Shown one piece after another: positions 18,890-29,264 of a DNA stretch of 64,000 nt (the first letter of the stretch is position 1; each line of letters begins with the position of its first letter). Source of the stretch: an uncultured delta proteobacterium. GTDB lineage: Bacteria > Desulfobacterota > Binatia > UBA9968. A program made the translations under genes and the position numbers. The stretch covers positions 256,001 to 320,000 of the forward strand of contig CAVSLC010000013.1 of the NCBI GenBank assembly GCA_963728565.1. The letters are read 5' to 3'. The notes under the pieces were generated by a model. It saw only the letters and a program-made list of their open reading frames with translations. It did not search any database and was not told the DNA's origin.

Positions 18890-18899
18890 GGACGATGCA

Positions 18900-19005
18900 A
18901 TTGCGGTCGAATTTTCCGCTCAAATTCCCATTGAGCTGGATTATCGGTAATGCATGGTCCGGTCCGTTTCACGATTCATCATCACGAACAACCTGGTCAT
19001 GCTAA
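18900..19005 (-). pseudogene. Relic of a REP-associated tyrosine transposase (RAYT) C-terminus
   Basis: Broken frames give HDQVVRDDES and CITDNPAQWEFERK, resembling RAYT HxIR..YIxxNPxxW; sits next to the REP. Confidence 0.55.
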
Positions 19006-19249
19006 ACCCGGATTCCGCAGTCGAACTAAAAATCCCGGAAAACATCCCGCTCGAAGCACCGCTGAGCGATGTCTGCTCAGAGGTAGAAACCCATCGACTT
19101 CGCTGCGGAAGGATTGTGCCTCGCGCTTTCTGTCAATCGCAACTGCGCAATCCGGGATAATGGGCGCGCACGCGACCTTGGGGATCTTCCGACTCCGAGG
19201 CGCGCCAACTCGTGCGCAAAACGTCGCAAATCTTTACAACATTCCGGTG

Positions 19250-20842
19250 TTAGCGGTCCGGGCGGCTGGCATCATATTCAGCTACGAACTCGGCAACTCT
19301 CCTCCGAACCGTGTCCCGGCTGACATTGTCCTTCGCGCCGCGAATAGCCAGGAGCCAGCCTCGTTCCCAGTAAAGAAGTCCAAAGTCGAGACCATTTACC
19401 ACATGCTCCATTGCACGGAGTACCTGTCTCATGCTCTCGGTGGGATAGGGGTTAGCGTACGGTGCATAATCAAAATCAGCATATGGATATTCGATGTGAA
19501 GAACCACCGCATCGGCCTCGTCGAGTCGCGCGGGAAACGGATAGATGAAGCGCCGCTGGGAAAAAAAACTTCCTATGTTCGCCTGTGCAGAAACTATCAT
19601 TTCAGGCTCAATGAAGCGTTGAATGTCCCCGATTGCGCCGTCTCGTTTGAGATGAATGGATTCGATTTGCCACACGTTGTGGGCTAGTGGTAAAGGCGCC
19701 GGCATAAATAAATACCCAAGGAGTACGGTAGTCACGGTCGAAATTCTAAGCAACGCCGCACCCGGGAGAGAACTCACGGCCGATGCCCGAGCCCCAGCAA
19801 TAACCAGTACCGGTACGAGCACCATCGAGTGGTATGCGAATATGGTTCGCGGCATCGGGTTAAGCGAAAGTAAGTTTGCACAAAAATCGGCCATGCCGGG
19901 CACGAGAAACATTGGCGCCATTATGGCCGCACGCCCGATGGGTAGAAGGAGTAACAGGACGTAGAGCAGCCATTCCGGCAGCAGGCCAAGCACGGTGGCG
20001 AGCACCTGGGAAGGCGGCTCACGCAACCACGCATAGCGGACCAGGGCCGGATTCGCATCTTCGATCATCGGATGAGTCCCGGCCGGGTTTAGTGCAGGCA
20101 TTGCTACGAATACGACGATTATTGCGATGGCGATTCCCGCACCCGCCACAAGGAATCCCACTTTTCTCTCGGCATGCAGGTGGGCCCAGAGAATGCCAAA
20201 TCCTAGAACCGCCGCACCGTAATGCTCCTGGCACAAGAGCAGCCAACCCATCATAAGGACGAAGACTCGCCGTCGTCGGTCGATCAGTGCATAGTAAGCG
20301 ATGGCAAAGGCTGGGAGCGCCAAGCTCTTCTCGTGAAAATCCCAGGCAGCTGCGTTCAAAAGGAACGGATTGAGGAGATACAACATGCTCCAGCAGAAGG
20401 CGTGGCTGGGAAGTCCTGAGAGTCTATGACAAATCCAAAAAATCGGAACCGCCGTCACAGCAATCAAAATGGATTGAAGCAGGATCAGAAGTTCCGGCAG
20501 CGCGGCGAGTGCGTACACGGGAACCATGAGGAGCACGATCGGCGAAAAGTGAAAACCGAGCCAGTTGTGCAGTTCATGGGGAAAATTGATTGTCGTCGTC
20601 GGCGTACCGTAAGTCAGAGTGGTCCAGAGAGCCTGGTCGAAAACACCCAAATCTAGAAGAGATGCCTTGTTGGTATATAGGCGGCTTAAGGACAGCACGG
20701 CGGTCATCACGCAATGGATTGTAGCGGCAATCCAGATTAGACGGTGCCATAATACGGTCTGATCAATCGAGACTATGGCCGCATTTGTGGCGCTCGGCCG
20801 AACATCCGTGTTGCTGGTTTCAGCAAGCATCACAGGCGCCAA
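19250..20842 (-). CDS. DUF2079-like polytopic membrane protein (GT-C-like)
   Basis: DLGVFDQALW, HFSPI and DFHE motifs; many TM segments. Confidence 0.8.
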   Translation of the reverse strand: MAPVMLAETSNTDVRPSATNAAIVSIDQTVLWHRLIWIAATIHCVMTAVLSLSRLYTNKASLLDLGVFDQALWTTLTYGTPTTTINFPHELHNWLGFHFSPIVLLMVPVYALAALPELLILLQSILIAVTAVPIFWICHRLSGLPSHAFCWSMLYLLNPFLLNAAAWDFHEKSLALPAFAIAYYALIDRRRRVFVLMMGWLLLCQEHYGAAVLGFGILWAHLHAERKVGFLVAGAGIAIAIIVVFVAMPALNPAGTHPMIEDANPALVRYAWLREPPSQVLATVLGLLPEWLLYVLLLLLPIGRAAIMAPMFLVPGMADFCANLLSLNPMPRTIFAYHSMVLVPVLVIAGARASAVSSLPGAALLRISTVTTVLLGYLFMPAPLPLAHNVWQIESIHLKRDGAIGDIQRFIEPEMIVSAQANIGSFFSQRRFIYPFPARLDEADAVVLHIEYPYADFDYAPYANPYPTESMRQVLRAMEHVVNGLDFGLLYWERGWLLAIRGAKDNVSRDTVRRRVAEFVAEYDASRPDR

Positions 20843-20997
20843 CGCGTACCACTGAGTTTCGTCGCGCCAAAGGCATCGAAGATATCTACATTTGGCACGC
20901 TCAGGCGGACTGACACCATGCTAATCGTGGACGCGACGAAGCTGTCTAGATTATAAGCACCACAGGCGTTGTATCTATCGTGCCCAGCGTCACGTTC

Positions 20998-21747
20998 TCA
21001 ATGAAAAATACTTCCACCATCCACTACAATTGTCTGCCCGGTCATGAAATCACTGTCGGCCGAGCACAGAAATACCAACGTGCCCATCAGATCATCTGGC
21101 GTTTGTAGCCGTTTGAGCGAGCGCTCTTTGAGCTGCAGCTCGGTCAACGCTTTGGGCGCGTTCTGTCCTTCATGCTCGACCAGACCCGGTGCGATGGCGT
21201 TGACGCATATGCCGAACTCGCCCACTTCGCGCGCCAGCGATCGGGTCATGCCGATCAGCGCAGCTTTGGATGCGACGTAGTGCAAAAAGTTGGGCGTACC
21301 CCAGTACGCCGTTGAGGATGAGATGTTGATGATCTTGCCGCTTTTCTGCTCTTTCATCTGTGGAAAGACGGCTTTTGCGCACAGGAACGGGCCCTTTATG
21401 TTAACCGCCGAAACCCGGTCCCATTCTTCGGCGGTGATCTCATAGAACGGGTGACGCTGGATGTTGATGAAGATCGCCGCATTATTAACCAGAATATCGA
21501 TTCGTCCGAAAGCCTTCACCGTCTCCACGGCCATTCGGTGGGTGTCCGCGTCGTCGGAAACATCGATCTTGAGCGCTAGCGCTTTGCCACCCGCCGCACA
21601 AATCTCGTTTGCTACCGGCTCGCCGTCGAGGATGTCCGCTATGACAACCGCTGCGCCTTCGTCGGCCAACTTTCGAGCGTAAGCCGCCCCGATATGGCGC
21701 GCCCCGCCGGTCACAATCGCCACACGACCGCTTAGCCGCACAACCAC
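20998..21747 (-). CDS. SDR oxidoreductase
   Basis: TGGARHIG, NNAA and YVASK motifs. Confidence 0.92.
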   Translation of the reverse strand: MVVRLSGRVAIVTGGARHIGAAYARKLADEGAAVVIADILDGEPVANEICAAGGKALALKIDVSDDADTHRMAVETVKAFGRIDILVNNAAIFINIQRHPFYEITAEEWDRVSAVNIKGPFLCAKAVFPQMKEQKSGKIINISSSTAYWGTPNFLHYVASKAALIGMTRSLAREVGEFGICVNAIAPGLVEHEGQNAPKALTELQLKERSLKRLQTPDDLMGTLVFLCSADSDFMTGQTIVVDGGSIFH

Positions 21748-21829
21748 TCTCGAAATGCTTCGCTTTGACGCAGCATGACACTCCCCTGAACCTTTTTATC
21801 GCAATTCGTCGCGACCGTTTCCGAAGCGA

Positions 21830-23452
21830 TCACGCCAGGCCTCTAAGATGTTCGCGCAGGTCGACCGGCTTCCACCAAGTTTCTAAACCGAGCGACTCGG
21901 CAATCACGCGCGCGGCGTTGTATCCAGGCGCGCCGGTAATGTTTCCGCCGGGATGGCACGACGAGCCGCATAGATATAAGCCGTCAATGGGAGTGCGATA
22001 ATTTCCCCACCCTGGGAACGGCCGATTTTCCAGTGCTTGATCGCCGGCGTACTCGCCGACCATCCAATCGCCGCAATACATGTTCCTATCGTGGCGTTCG
22101 ATGTCCAATGGCGTGGTTGAATCAGTTGAAAGGATATTGTTTTCATCCAGGTTGGGAGCGAAGCGCCGCCAAACCGCCAGCTGCTTGTCGAACCATTCGC
22201 CGCGCACCTTGTCCCAGTTTTGCGGATTGCCCCAGAGATTATAAGTCGCCAGCTGCCACATAAACGCAGTGGCCTTGCCGGGAGGCGCCTGCGTCGGGTC
22301 GTGAAACGACGGCGTCGCGCCGTTCATGAATGGCTTGCGCGGCAACTGCCCCGTGCGACAGTCTTCGAACAAATTGCGCAGATCGTCGTATTCCTCCAAG
22401 CCGACAATGTGCATGAACGAACCGGCGACCTCGGGGTATTTTTTTTCGGTAATGTATTTCGGCCGTTCGTTCAGAGCCAGATTGGTCGCAAAGATCGGTG
22501 TCGTTTTGGAAAATCTGAAATTGTTTGCCATATCTGCAAACTTCGGCTCCAAATTTTCCCGACCAACCAGCCTTATGAATGTTTCCACCGGATTGACGTT
22601 GGAGGCGATGAACTTACGCGCCTTGATGACCGTCCCGTCTTCGAGCACCACCGCAGTCGCCTGTCCCCTGTGGACGAGAATCCGTTCGACTCCGTTGGAC
22701 TCGACATAATCGATGCCGTTGTGCGACATCATGTGCGCCAGGTTGTCGCCCAGCGCGTGGGATGTGCCGCGGCAGAGTTGCGGATTGACTCCCCAGGCGA
22801 TCATCGCCGGGATTAAATAGCCGGTCTTGGGCGCGTCCAGTTCGTAACCACGCATCACCCCCAAAAAGCCGATGAACGCCTGCACTCGGGGATGCTCAAA
22901 GTGGCGCAGCACGAACTCTTCCGGCGTGGTATCGAAGTATTTCAGATACTCGCGGCCTTCGCTCGTTTTTTGGAGCAAGGGCCGTTTCTCCTCGAATACC
23001 ACGGGAACCGCATAGGTTTCCGGGAACACAATGTTTTTCACCACTGGTTGCCAACGGCTCCAGATGTCGAGAAACGTTGCCGCGTCTTTTTTCGAGAATC
23101 TCGCAATCGTTTCAGCAGTTCGACTCACATCGGCAAACCAGCCCAAGTAGGTTTCATCGGGAAAGTGGTGCACCACGCCGGGATCGGGTTTGTAATAATG
23201 AATGCCGAAATTCTCCAGCTCCAAATCTTTGTACCACGGAAGCATCATCAGGCCCCGGTGAAACACCGAATGAATGTTGTGCCAGAAGCCCGGATAGTCG
23301 CGGTCCTCATGCGAATCGAGGCCGCCGCCCACTTCCATGTTCTTTTCCACCACCATAATTTTCTGGCCGCACTTGGCTAGATAGCCGGCGCAGATCATGC
23401 CGTTATGGCCGGCGCCGATGACAACGCCGTCGTATTCTAAAATTTTAGGCAT
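21830..23452 (-). CDS. Phytoene-dehydrogenase-like FAD oxidoreductase
   Basis: GAGHNG, YRTPIDGLYLCG and HPGG..GAPGYNAA motifs. Start MPKILEYD. Confidence 0.88.
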   Translation of the reverse strand: MPKILEYDGVVIGAGHNGMICAGYLAKCGQKIMVVEKNMEVGGGLDSHEDRDYPGFWHNIHSVFHRGLMMLPWYKDLELENFGIHYYKPDPGVVHHFPDETYLGWFADVSRTAETIARFSKKDAATFLDIWSRWQPVVKNIVFPETYAVPVVFEEKRPLLQKTSEGREYLKYFDTTPEEFVLRHFEHPRVQAFIGFLGVMRGYELDAPKTGYLIPAMIAWGVNPQLCRGTSHALGDNLAHMMSHNGIDYVESNGVERILVHRGQATAVVLEDGTVIKARKFIASNVNPVETFIRLVGRENLEPKFADMANNFRFSKTTPIFATNLALNERPKYITEKKYPEVAGSFMHIVGLEEYDDLRNLFEDCRTGQLPRKPFMNGATPSFHDPTQAPPGKATAFMWQLATYNLWGNPQNWDKVRGEWFDKQLAVWRRFAPNLDENNILSTDSTTPLDIERHDRNMYCGDWMVGEYAGDQALENRPFPGWGNYRTPIDGLYLCGSSCHPGGNITGAPGYNAARVIAESLGLETWWKPVDLREHLRGLA

Positions 23453-23495
23453 AGCTTTCGTTTCGGGTAAGACACAAACATCTCGTGTGAATGGA

Positions 23496-23632
23496 TTCAA
23501 CACGTTCAAGCGTTTAACCGTTCAAGGAAATCAGGCCGTATCAACGTCGAGGATTTGGAATAACCGAGTTTATGAACAGTTATCATCCAGTCTGTTAATG
23601 CTTGAACTACTTGAACGGTTGAACTGTTGAAC
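23496..23632. repeat. Second GTTCAA/TTGAAC inverted tandem-repeat element
   Basis: ttcaacac-gttcaagc-gtttaacc-gttcaag ... ttgaac-tacttgaac-ggttgaac-tgttgaac. Confidence 0.72.
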
Positions 23633-25212
23633 AGTCGCACAGTTTCAAATCTTCTTTCATAATCCGCCAGCAGTTATACCCGGAGCCGGCGATCACCGCA
23701 TCGGCCGGATGGGTGGCGACGCCGACTTGGTAGAGACCGGCGATCGGCGTGCGGTAACCGGACAACTGTTGATTGGGCCGGTTTGCCCCCATTTGCCCCG
23801 CGGATTTGCGCGCTACCCAAACCGAACCGCGGCGCATATTGGGCCAACGGCCGGCGAGGTAAAATGGATCCATGGCGACTTTCATTTCGATGTTGTCACC
23901 GGTTAAATTGGTCGCGTAGCGGCGCCAGATAGCCAGAATCGTTTCCATAAAACCGCGCTTGAGCTTGACCCAATCCTCCGGTCGTTTGCCTTTCAACTGA
24001 TAAGGCACGGGCATGAACAATGATGCCGCATGCTTGCCCCTGGGCGCCTGGAGCGGATCGAAAACCGTCGGGCAAATCGCGTGAAGACAGACATGCTGTG
24101 GAAATTCACCGGCGCGAATCTCTTTCCACATCTCATTTAGGTCATCCGGTTTCTCCGGTCCAATGTTGACGTTCATGGCCCGGGCCACGGCTGGATCTTC
24201 CGCTTCATGAAACGCATAGCGGACCGGAGCCTTTAGCGCCAGGTGAATTTGGAAATAGGAAAACTCATCGGGTTCGATGTCTTCGATCGGTTTGGTGAAG
24301 TCACGGGGGAGATGCTCCTGATCAATCAACTCCCTGAACGTCGAGTACGGATCGGTGTTGGAAACGACGGCAAGCTTTGCCTTCCATTCGCGCCCGTCAC
24401 GCAGGCGAACTCCCACGGCTTGGTTTTCTTCAACGAGAATTTTATCGACGTGATGTACGGCGCGGATTTGACCGCCGGCATGAACATAGGCGCGCTGCAG
24501 GACTTGGGCGATGGAATGGGACCCGCCACGGGCGAGCTCGGGCTTTTCATCGCCGGCAATCAGTTTCAGAACTTCGATGGCGCCGCCCGGATAATCCATG
24601 GCAACGCCCCGAGGAATCGCCATCTGCGACAGCACGAGAGTCTTCACCGCGTCATTGTCGAATAATTCGCCAACCGCGCGATCGGGAGTCATACGCCAAA
24701 GCCGCCTGAATTCCTGGCCATGAGGCTGTAACTCTAATCTTTGATCGAGCGCGCTGTCCGTTATCGGCGCCTGGTAATAGTAGGGAATCAAACAATCGCG
24801 AATCAGCAGGATGGAATTTGTCATGGGTCTGCCGCCATGCGTCGGCGTCTTTCGATGATAACCGCGCAATCGAGCTAAGCGTGTCTTGTAATGTTTGATG
24901 GTGCGACAGCGAGCGGCCATTGGCAAGCAGCAAGGAGCTTATTACCGGCGGCGAAACGAACTCGGCGTGATAGCCGTTGTCCCACTTGAGTTCTTTCCAA
25001 ATTGGCGAGATTTCGCGGTTATCCTGAAAATAAGCCAGGGTATTGTGCCAGTAACCCGGAATTGTGATTTCTTCACTGGCCAAGCGTCCACCGTTCTCCA
25101 GGCGGCTCTCGCAGATCACCGTCCGCAGGCCGGCATGGCCGAGATAGGTTCCGAGAGCGAAGTTGTTTTGCCCCGCTCCGATTAGAATAACGTCCCACTC
25201 ACTGTCGATCAA
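23607..25212 (-). CDS. Second phytoene-dehydrogenase-like oxidoreductase; frameshift near 24810
   Basis: GAGQNN N-terminal ORF plus C-terminal ORF with YRTPIAGLY. TTG start with GGAGG RBS. Confidence 0.8.
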
Positions 25213-25438
25213 AGCGCCTCCAGCTAACCCCAATCCGACATCGTTCGAATCCCGCGAGGCCGCCGAGCCCTACAGCCGTGGGCAATGGGATAGTGCCTTT
25301 AAGGCCACCCCACATTCCCCTAAGCGTGATGTTTCGTACGTGCGGGCCATAGAGCCAATGCGCGCTCGGGTGCCCCCGGCTTCCGGTCTCGCCGTCCTCG
25401 CTTACTGTTGACGGTGCTCAACTATTGTCGGATCAGGG

Positions 25439-26458
25439 CTAATTCTGCAAAAAGATCTTTCGATACTCCGCCATTTTTTCCGCGTAGGCTTTTTTATCCA
25501 TGTCGATCATCTCGACCAGCTCGATCTTGTCGGCGTCGGGCAGCGGCGGATAGATTCCCTTGCGGGTGACAAACTCGCCGATTTCCGCCATCAATTTCAA
25601 CCCCTCTTCGCCGATGAAGAAATCGACGAATGCTTTGCCGGCATTGGGATGGGGCGGCTTGGCGCCGATCGCCACCGCCTGCCCGTCGCCCATGAATTTG
25701 CCAAGCCGCACGTAATCCAGCGGGACTCCCTTTTTGCCGTAGAAGACCACGTTTTTGAGAAAGGCGATGCCGATCGGTCTTTCGCCGGTGGTAATCCGTT
25801 CTCCCGCCGGAGTCAGCGATTCCACCAGTAAGGGCTTTGTCGCCGCCAGGTCGCGGATGAACTTGTCGGCCTTTTCTTTGCCTCCCATTACTTTGTGCAG
25901 GCTCGCCATCCATTGCGCCGTGGTCGTATGCTGGCTGGCATCGGGGATCACCAGCTTTCCCGCATACTGCGGCTTGAGCAAATCTTCCAACGACTTTGGC
26001 GCCTCCGCCGGTTTGATGATGCCCGCGTGGTAAACGATACCGATGACGCTGTTGCGATATTGCGGGCCCAAATTTGGGTGCATCACTTCTTTGGGAAAGG
26101 ATTTTCCCGACGGCGAGTCGTATTTCGCCAGCGCCCCTTCATTGAACATGAACTCCATCGGCGCGCTGTTGGTCAGCACCACATCGTAGAGCGGCTTGCC
26201 GGTGCGCATCTCGTTAAGCACCCGGTCCATGACCTTGGTGCTGGAGGAGCGCCAGAATTCAACTTGCAGTCCGGTGTTCTTCTTAAGCGCGGCGCCGATG
26301 AGATCCATGGTGTCGTTCTCGATCGAGCCATAGACGACCACCTTGCCGCCTTCCTTCTTGGCCCCTTCGATAAGCTTAGCATCCTGACCGTAGATCGCGC
26401 CCGGCAGAACGATCATCACCGCGAGCCATACCATAGAGAAGATTCTTACGATCGGCAT
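25439..26458 (-). CDS. ABC extracellular solute-binding protein
   Basis: Signal peptide; AKKEGGKVVVY and PPHPNAGKAFVDF motifs. Confidence 0.85.
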   Translation of the reverse strand: MPIVRIFSMVWLAVMIVLPGAIYGQDAKLIEGAKKEGGKVVVYGSIENDTMDLIGAALKKNTGLQVEFWRSSSTKVMDRVLNEMRTGKPLYDVVLTNSAPMEFMFNEGALAKYDSPSGKSFPKEVMHPNLGPQYRNSVIGIVYHAGIIKPAEAPKSLEDLLKPQYAGKLVIPDASQHTTTAQWMASLHKVMGGKEKADKFIRDLAATKPLLVESLTPAGERITTGERPIGIAFLKNVVFYGKKGVPLDYVRLGKFMGDGQAVAIGAKPPHPNAGKAFVDFFIGEEGLKLMAEIGEFVTRKGIYPPLPDADKIELVEMIDMDKKAYAEKMAEYRKIFLQN

Positions 26459-26560
26459 AGGCGAACCCTCCTCCGTTACTGCAATGCTCCCTCAATATCT
26501 AAATGATCGGCAGATGTCTATTTGTTTCTACCAGGGCCATTTGGTAACTTTATCCAAACG

Positions 26561-27679
26561 ATGACTGGACAGGAAAAGCTCAAGAAGATTCGCGATGAGC
26601 TGCGGCAAACCTTTCTCGAGCGCGCCGATTTGATCGACGGCGCCCTCGCCGCGCTGCTCTCCTCGCATCATATACTGATCATCGGACCGCCGGGCACCGC
26701 CAAGTCCATGCTTGCCGATGAATTATGCCGCCGCATCGAAGGTGGCAAGTATTTTCAATGGCTGCTTACCCGTTTTACCACCCCGGAGGAGATCTTCGGC
26801 GCGGTCAGTTTGAAGGCGCTGGAACAGGATGATTACCGGCGAGTGACCAGTGATAAACTCCCCGAAGCCCAGATCGCCTTTCTCGATGAAATTTTTAAAG
26901 CCAACTCATCGATTCTGAATTCGATTCTCACCCTGCTCAACGAGCGGCTGTTTCACAACGGCAAAAGCGTCGCCCGGGTGCCATTGCTGACGCTGTTCGG
27001 CGCCAGCAATGAGCTGCCCGAAGAAGAAGAGCTTACCGCGCTCTACGATCGTTTTCTGCTGCGCTTCGTGGTCGGTTATATCGCCGAAGATTTTCGCTTC
27101 TTGCGCATGTTGGAGTCCCAGAAACACCCCGAACGGACAACTCTCAGCTTGGCCGAGCTGGAGGACCTTCAGAATCAGGTGAAGGCGGTATCGATTCCAT
27201 CCCACGTTTATCGCGGTATTGCCGATATCCGGCGCGAGTTGAACAAGAAAAATATTGTCGCCTCCGACCGCCGTTATCGTCAATCTCTGACATTGCTTCA
27301 GGCGCATGCGTTTTTGGAGGGCGAAAAGGAAGTCGCGGAAAAAGATCTGTTTTTCCTCGAGCATGTTTTATGGCGCGATCCGGCCGAGCACGAGCAGGTA
27401 CGCACCACGATTCGCGACTTGATTCTGGGATACGAGGAAGAGATTTCCGAACTGCTCTACGAGTCGCGCGAGATCCGCGACTCCGCGACTCGCCCATGGG
27501 CCACCAGCGACGAGAAAGCGCGCGCGCTCATCGAATTTCACACCAAGCTACGCAACATCCTCGCTAAGGTCGATCAGATCGTCGACAAGGCCAAGCGCTT
27601 GGGGCGTCCCGTGGAACGAGTCAATACCGTGCGGAGTGAAATCGAGCAGTTACAGAAACAGATGCTGGAGCAGTTCTGA
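26561..27679 (+). CDS. ravA: MoxR/RavA-like AAA+ ATPase
   Basis: GPPGTAKS, FLDEIFKANSSILN, ASNELP and ALYDRF motifs. Confidence 0.88.
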   Translation: MTGQEKLKKIRDELRQTFLERADLIDGALAALLSSHHILIIGPPGTAKSMLADELCRRIEGGKYFQWLLTRFTTPEEIFGAVSLKALEQDDYRRVTSDKLPEAQIAFLDEIFKANSSILNSILTLLNERLFHNGKSVARVPLLTLFGASNELPEEEELTALYDRFLLRFVVGYIAEDFRFLRMLESQKHPERTTLSLAELEDLQNQVKAVSIPSHVYRGIADIRRELNKKNIVASDRRYRQSLTLLQAHAFLEGEKEVAEKDLFFLEHVLWRDPAEHEQVRTTIRDLILGYEEEISELLYESREIRDSATRPWATSDEKARALIEFHTKLRNILAKVDQIVDKAKRLGRPVERVNTVRSEIEQLQKQMLEQF

Positions 27680-29253
27680 TGCCCCCGCGAACGGCAAAAA
27701 AGACACCGATCAAACGAGTCTTCCAACCTCTGCCGCAAAATACCTTCTGGATTGACAGCGATGCCTACGACCGGCGCGCCTACGGCCAACTCCGCTCCGA
27801 TTCGCCATCACTGCGAACGCTAGAAGAACAGGGCGGCACTCTCCTACCCCATTTCGGTTCCTTGCTCCAGGATATTTTTTCGCTGTTATTCAAGGCCAAC
27901 ATCATCTATCACAACGAGGCCGAAGTTCTTCCCAGCGCTCTACTTAACGAGAGATTTCTCAAAGCCATTGGACATGGAAGCCAATACGACTTCCTGCGCG
28001 AGCAAACTCTGCTGAACGAGGCTCGCGCCGGGCTCTCGACCTTGTTGCTGGGCGAGCGTCTGGTAGCGCAGATACGCGAGGAGAAATTTCTCAACCGCCG
28101 CGATTTGCGCGATCTCTGGGACATCCAGAAACAGGAAGAGATCCTCAATCAAAAGCGCGACGAGTACGAAAACGCCGACACCATCCCGGAAGAGAACCTA
28201 TCTCAAGACGGGAAGAAGGCCCTGGACAAAGCCAAAGAGCGCATGGGCGGAGAAGTTCAAGGCGCCGAAGCATCGCTGCGGCACAAAACCGCCCAACTCA
28301 AAGAAGACCTGAAGCAAATCGATGCGCAGGCAACCAATCGGATGCAGGCCGAAGCGATCAAAGTCGCTCAACAGTTGGAGGACGCCACCGAGGAAGCCGA
28401 AACTTGGGGAACGACGCTCGGCACCGGGCAGAAGTCGCCGCCCGGCCAAAAGCTCGAGCTGGGAAGGCGTCTCGCGGGAAATGAGAAGCTCAAAAAGCTC
28501 GCGCGGCTGGTGGGCCGGATGAAGTTTCATGCCATGGCGCTGCGCAAGAAGGCTTTCGAACGTTCCAACGAAGAAGTGCTCGAAGTCGAACGCGGCGATT
28601 CCATTCACCGTCTGCTGCCGCATGAGATGTTGACCTTGCGTCATCCCGTCCTGCGCAAGGATTTCTTGCGCCGTTATCTCGACCAGGAACTGATTCAATA
28701 CTCGCTGCGCGGCGTCGAAGAAAAAGGCAAAGGCCCTGTGATCGTCTGTCTAGACGGTAGCTCGTCTATGGCGGGCGATAAGGAAATCTGGTCCAAAGCC
28801 GTTACTCTCACCTTGCTTGAGATAGCAAGACGCCAGCGCAGACTCTTCCGATCGATTTGCTTCTCTTCTGAAGAGACGCCCTTGCAAATTCTCGATATGA
28901 ATTCCAGGAATCGTTACGAGATCGAGGCTAAGACCGTAATGGATCTTGCGGAATATTTCCCGGGCGGCGGGACCGACTTCCAACGACCATTGGACGCGGC
29001 GCTGGAGTGCTTGAAGCACGCTCGCTTCAAAAAAGGCGATGTTGTCTTTATCACTGACGGCGAATGTCAAGTGGCGCCGGAATGGGCGGAGCAATTCCGC
29101 AAAGAAAAGGAGCGCTTGGGCTTTTCGCTTTTCTCGATCTTGATCGATGTCGGCTCGGCATCTCTCGGCACCCTTACCGAATTTAGCGATCGCATCACCA
29201 CGATCAAACAATTGACGGGGGACGAAGCCAAAGATATCTTTGTGAAGTTTTAA
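27679..29253 (+). CDS. viaA: ViaA-like VWA-domain protein
   Basis: MIDAS motif DGSSSM, GGGTDF and ITDG; TGATG translational coupling with ravA. Confidence 0.85.
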   Translation: MPPRTAKKTPIKRVFQPLPQNTFWIDSDAYDRRAYGQLRSDSPSLRTLEEQGGTLLPHFGSLLQDIFSLLFKANIIYHNEAEVLPSALLNERFLKAIGHGSQYDFLREQTLLNEARAGLSTLLLGERLVAQIREEKFLNRRDLRDLWDIQKQEEILNQKRDEYENADTIPEENLSQDGKKALDKAKERMGGEVQGAEASLRHKTAQLKEDLKQIDAQATNRMQAEAIKVAQQLEDATEEAETWGTTLGTGQKSPPGQKLELGRRLAGNEKLKKLARLVGRMKFHAMALRKKAFERSNEEVLEVERGDSIHRLLPHEMLTLRHPVLRKDFLRRYLDQELIQYSLRGVEEKGKGPVIVCLDGSSSMAGDKEIWSKAVTLTLLEIARRQRRLFRSICFSSEETPLQILDMNSRNRYEIEAKTVMDLAEYFPGGGTDFQRPLDAALECLKHARFKKGDVVFITDGECQVAPEWAEQFRKEKERLGFSLFSILIDVGSASLGTLTEFSDRITTIKQLTGDEAKDIFVKF

Positions 29254-29264
29254 GGTCTCGTGCC

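Noticed and set aside
21830-25212. Carotenoid biosynthesis cluster
   Set aside because: No crtB/crtE/crtY; the context is catabolic.
25235-25436. Another inverted-repeat element (ATCCGACA..TGTCGGAT)
   Set aside because: Only about 8 bp pair and there is no second copy in the window.
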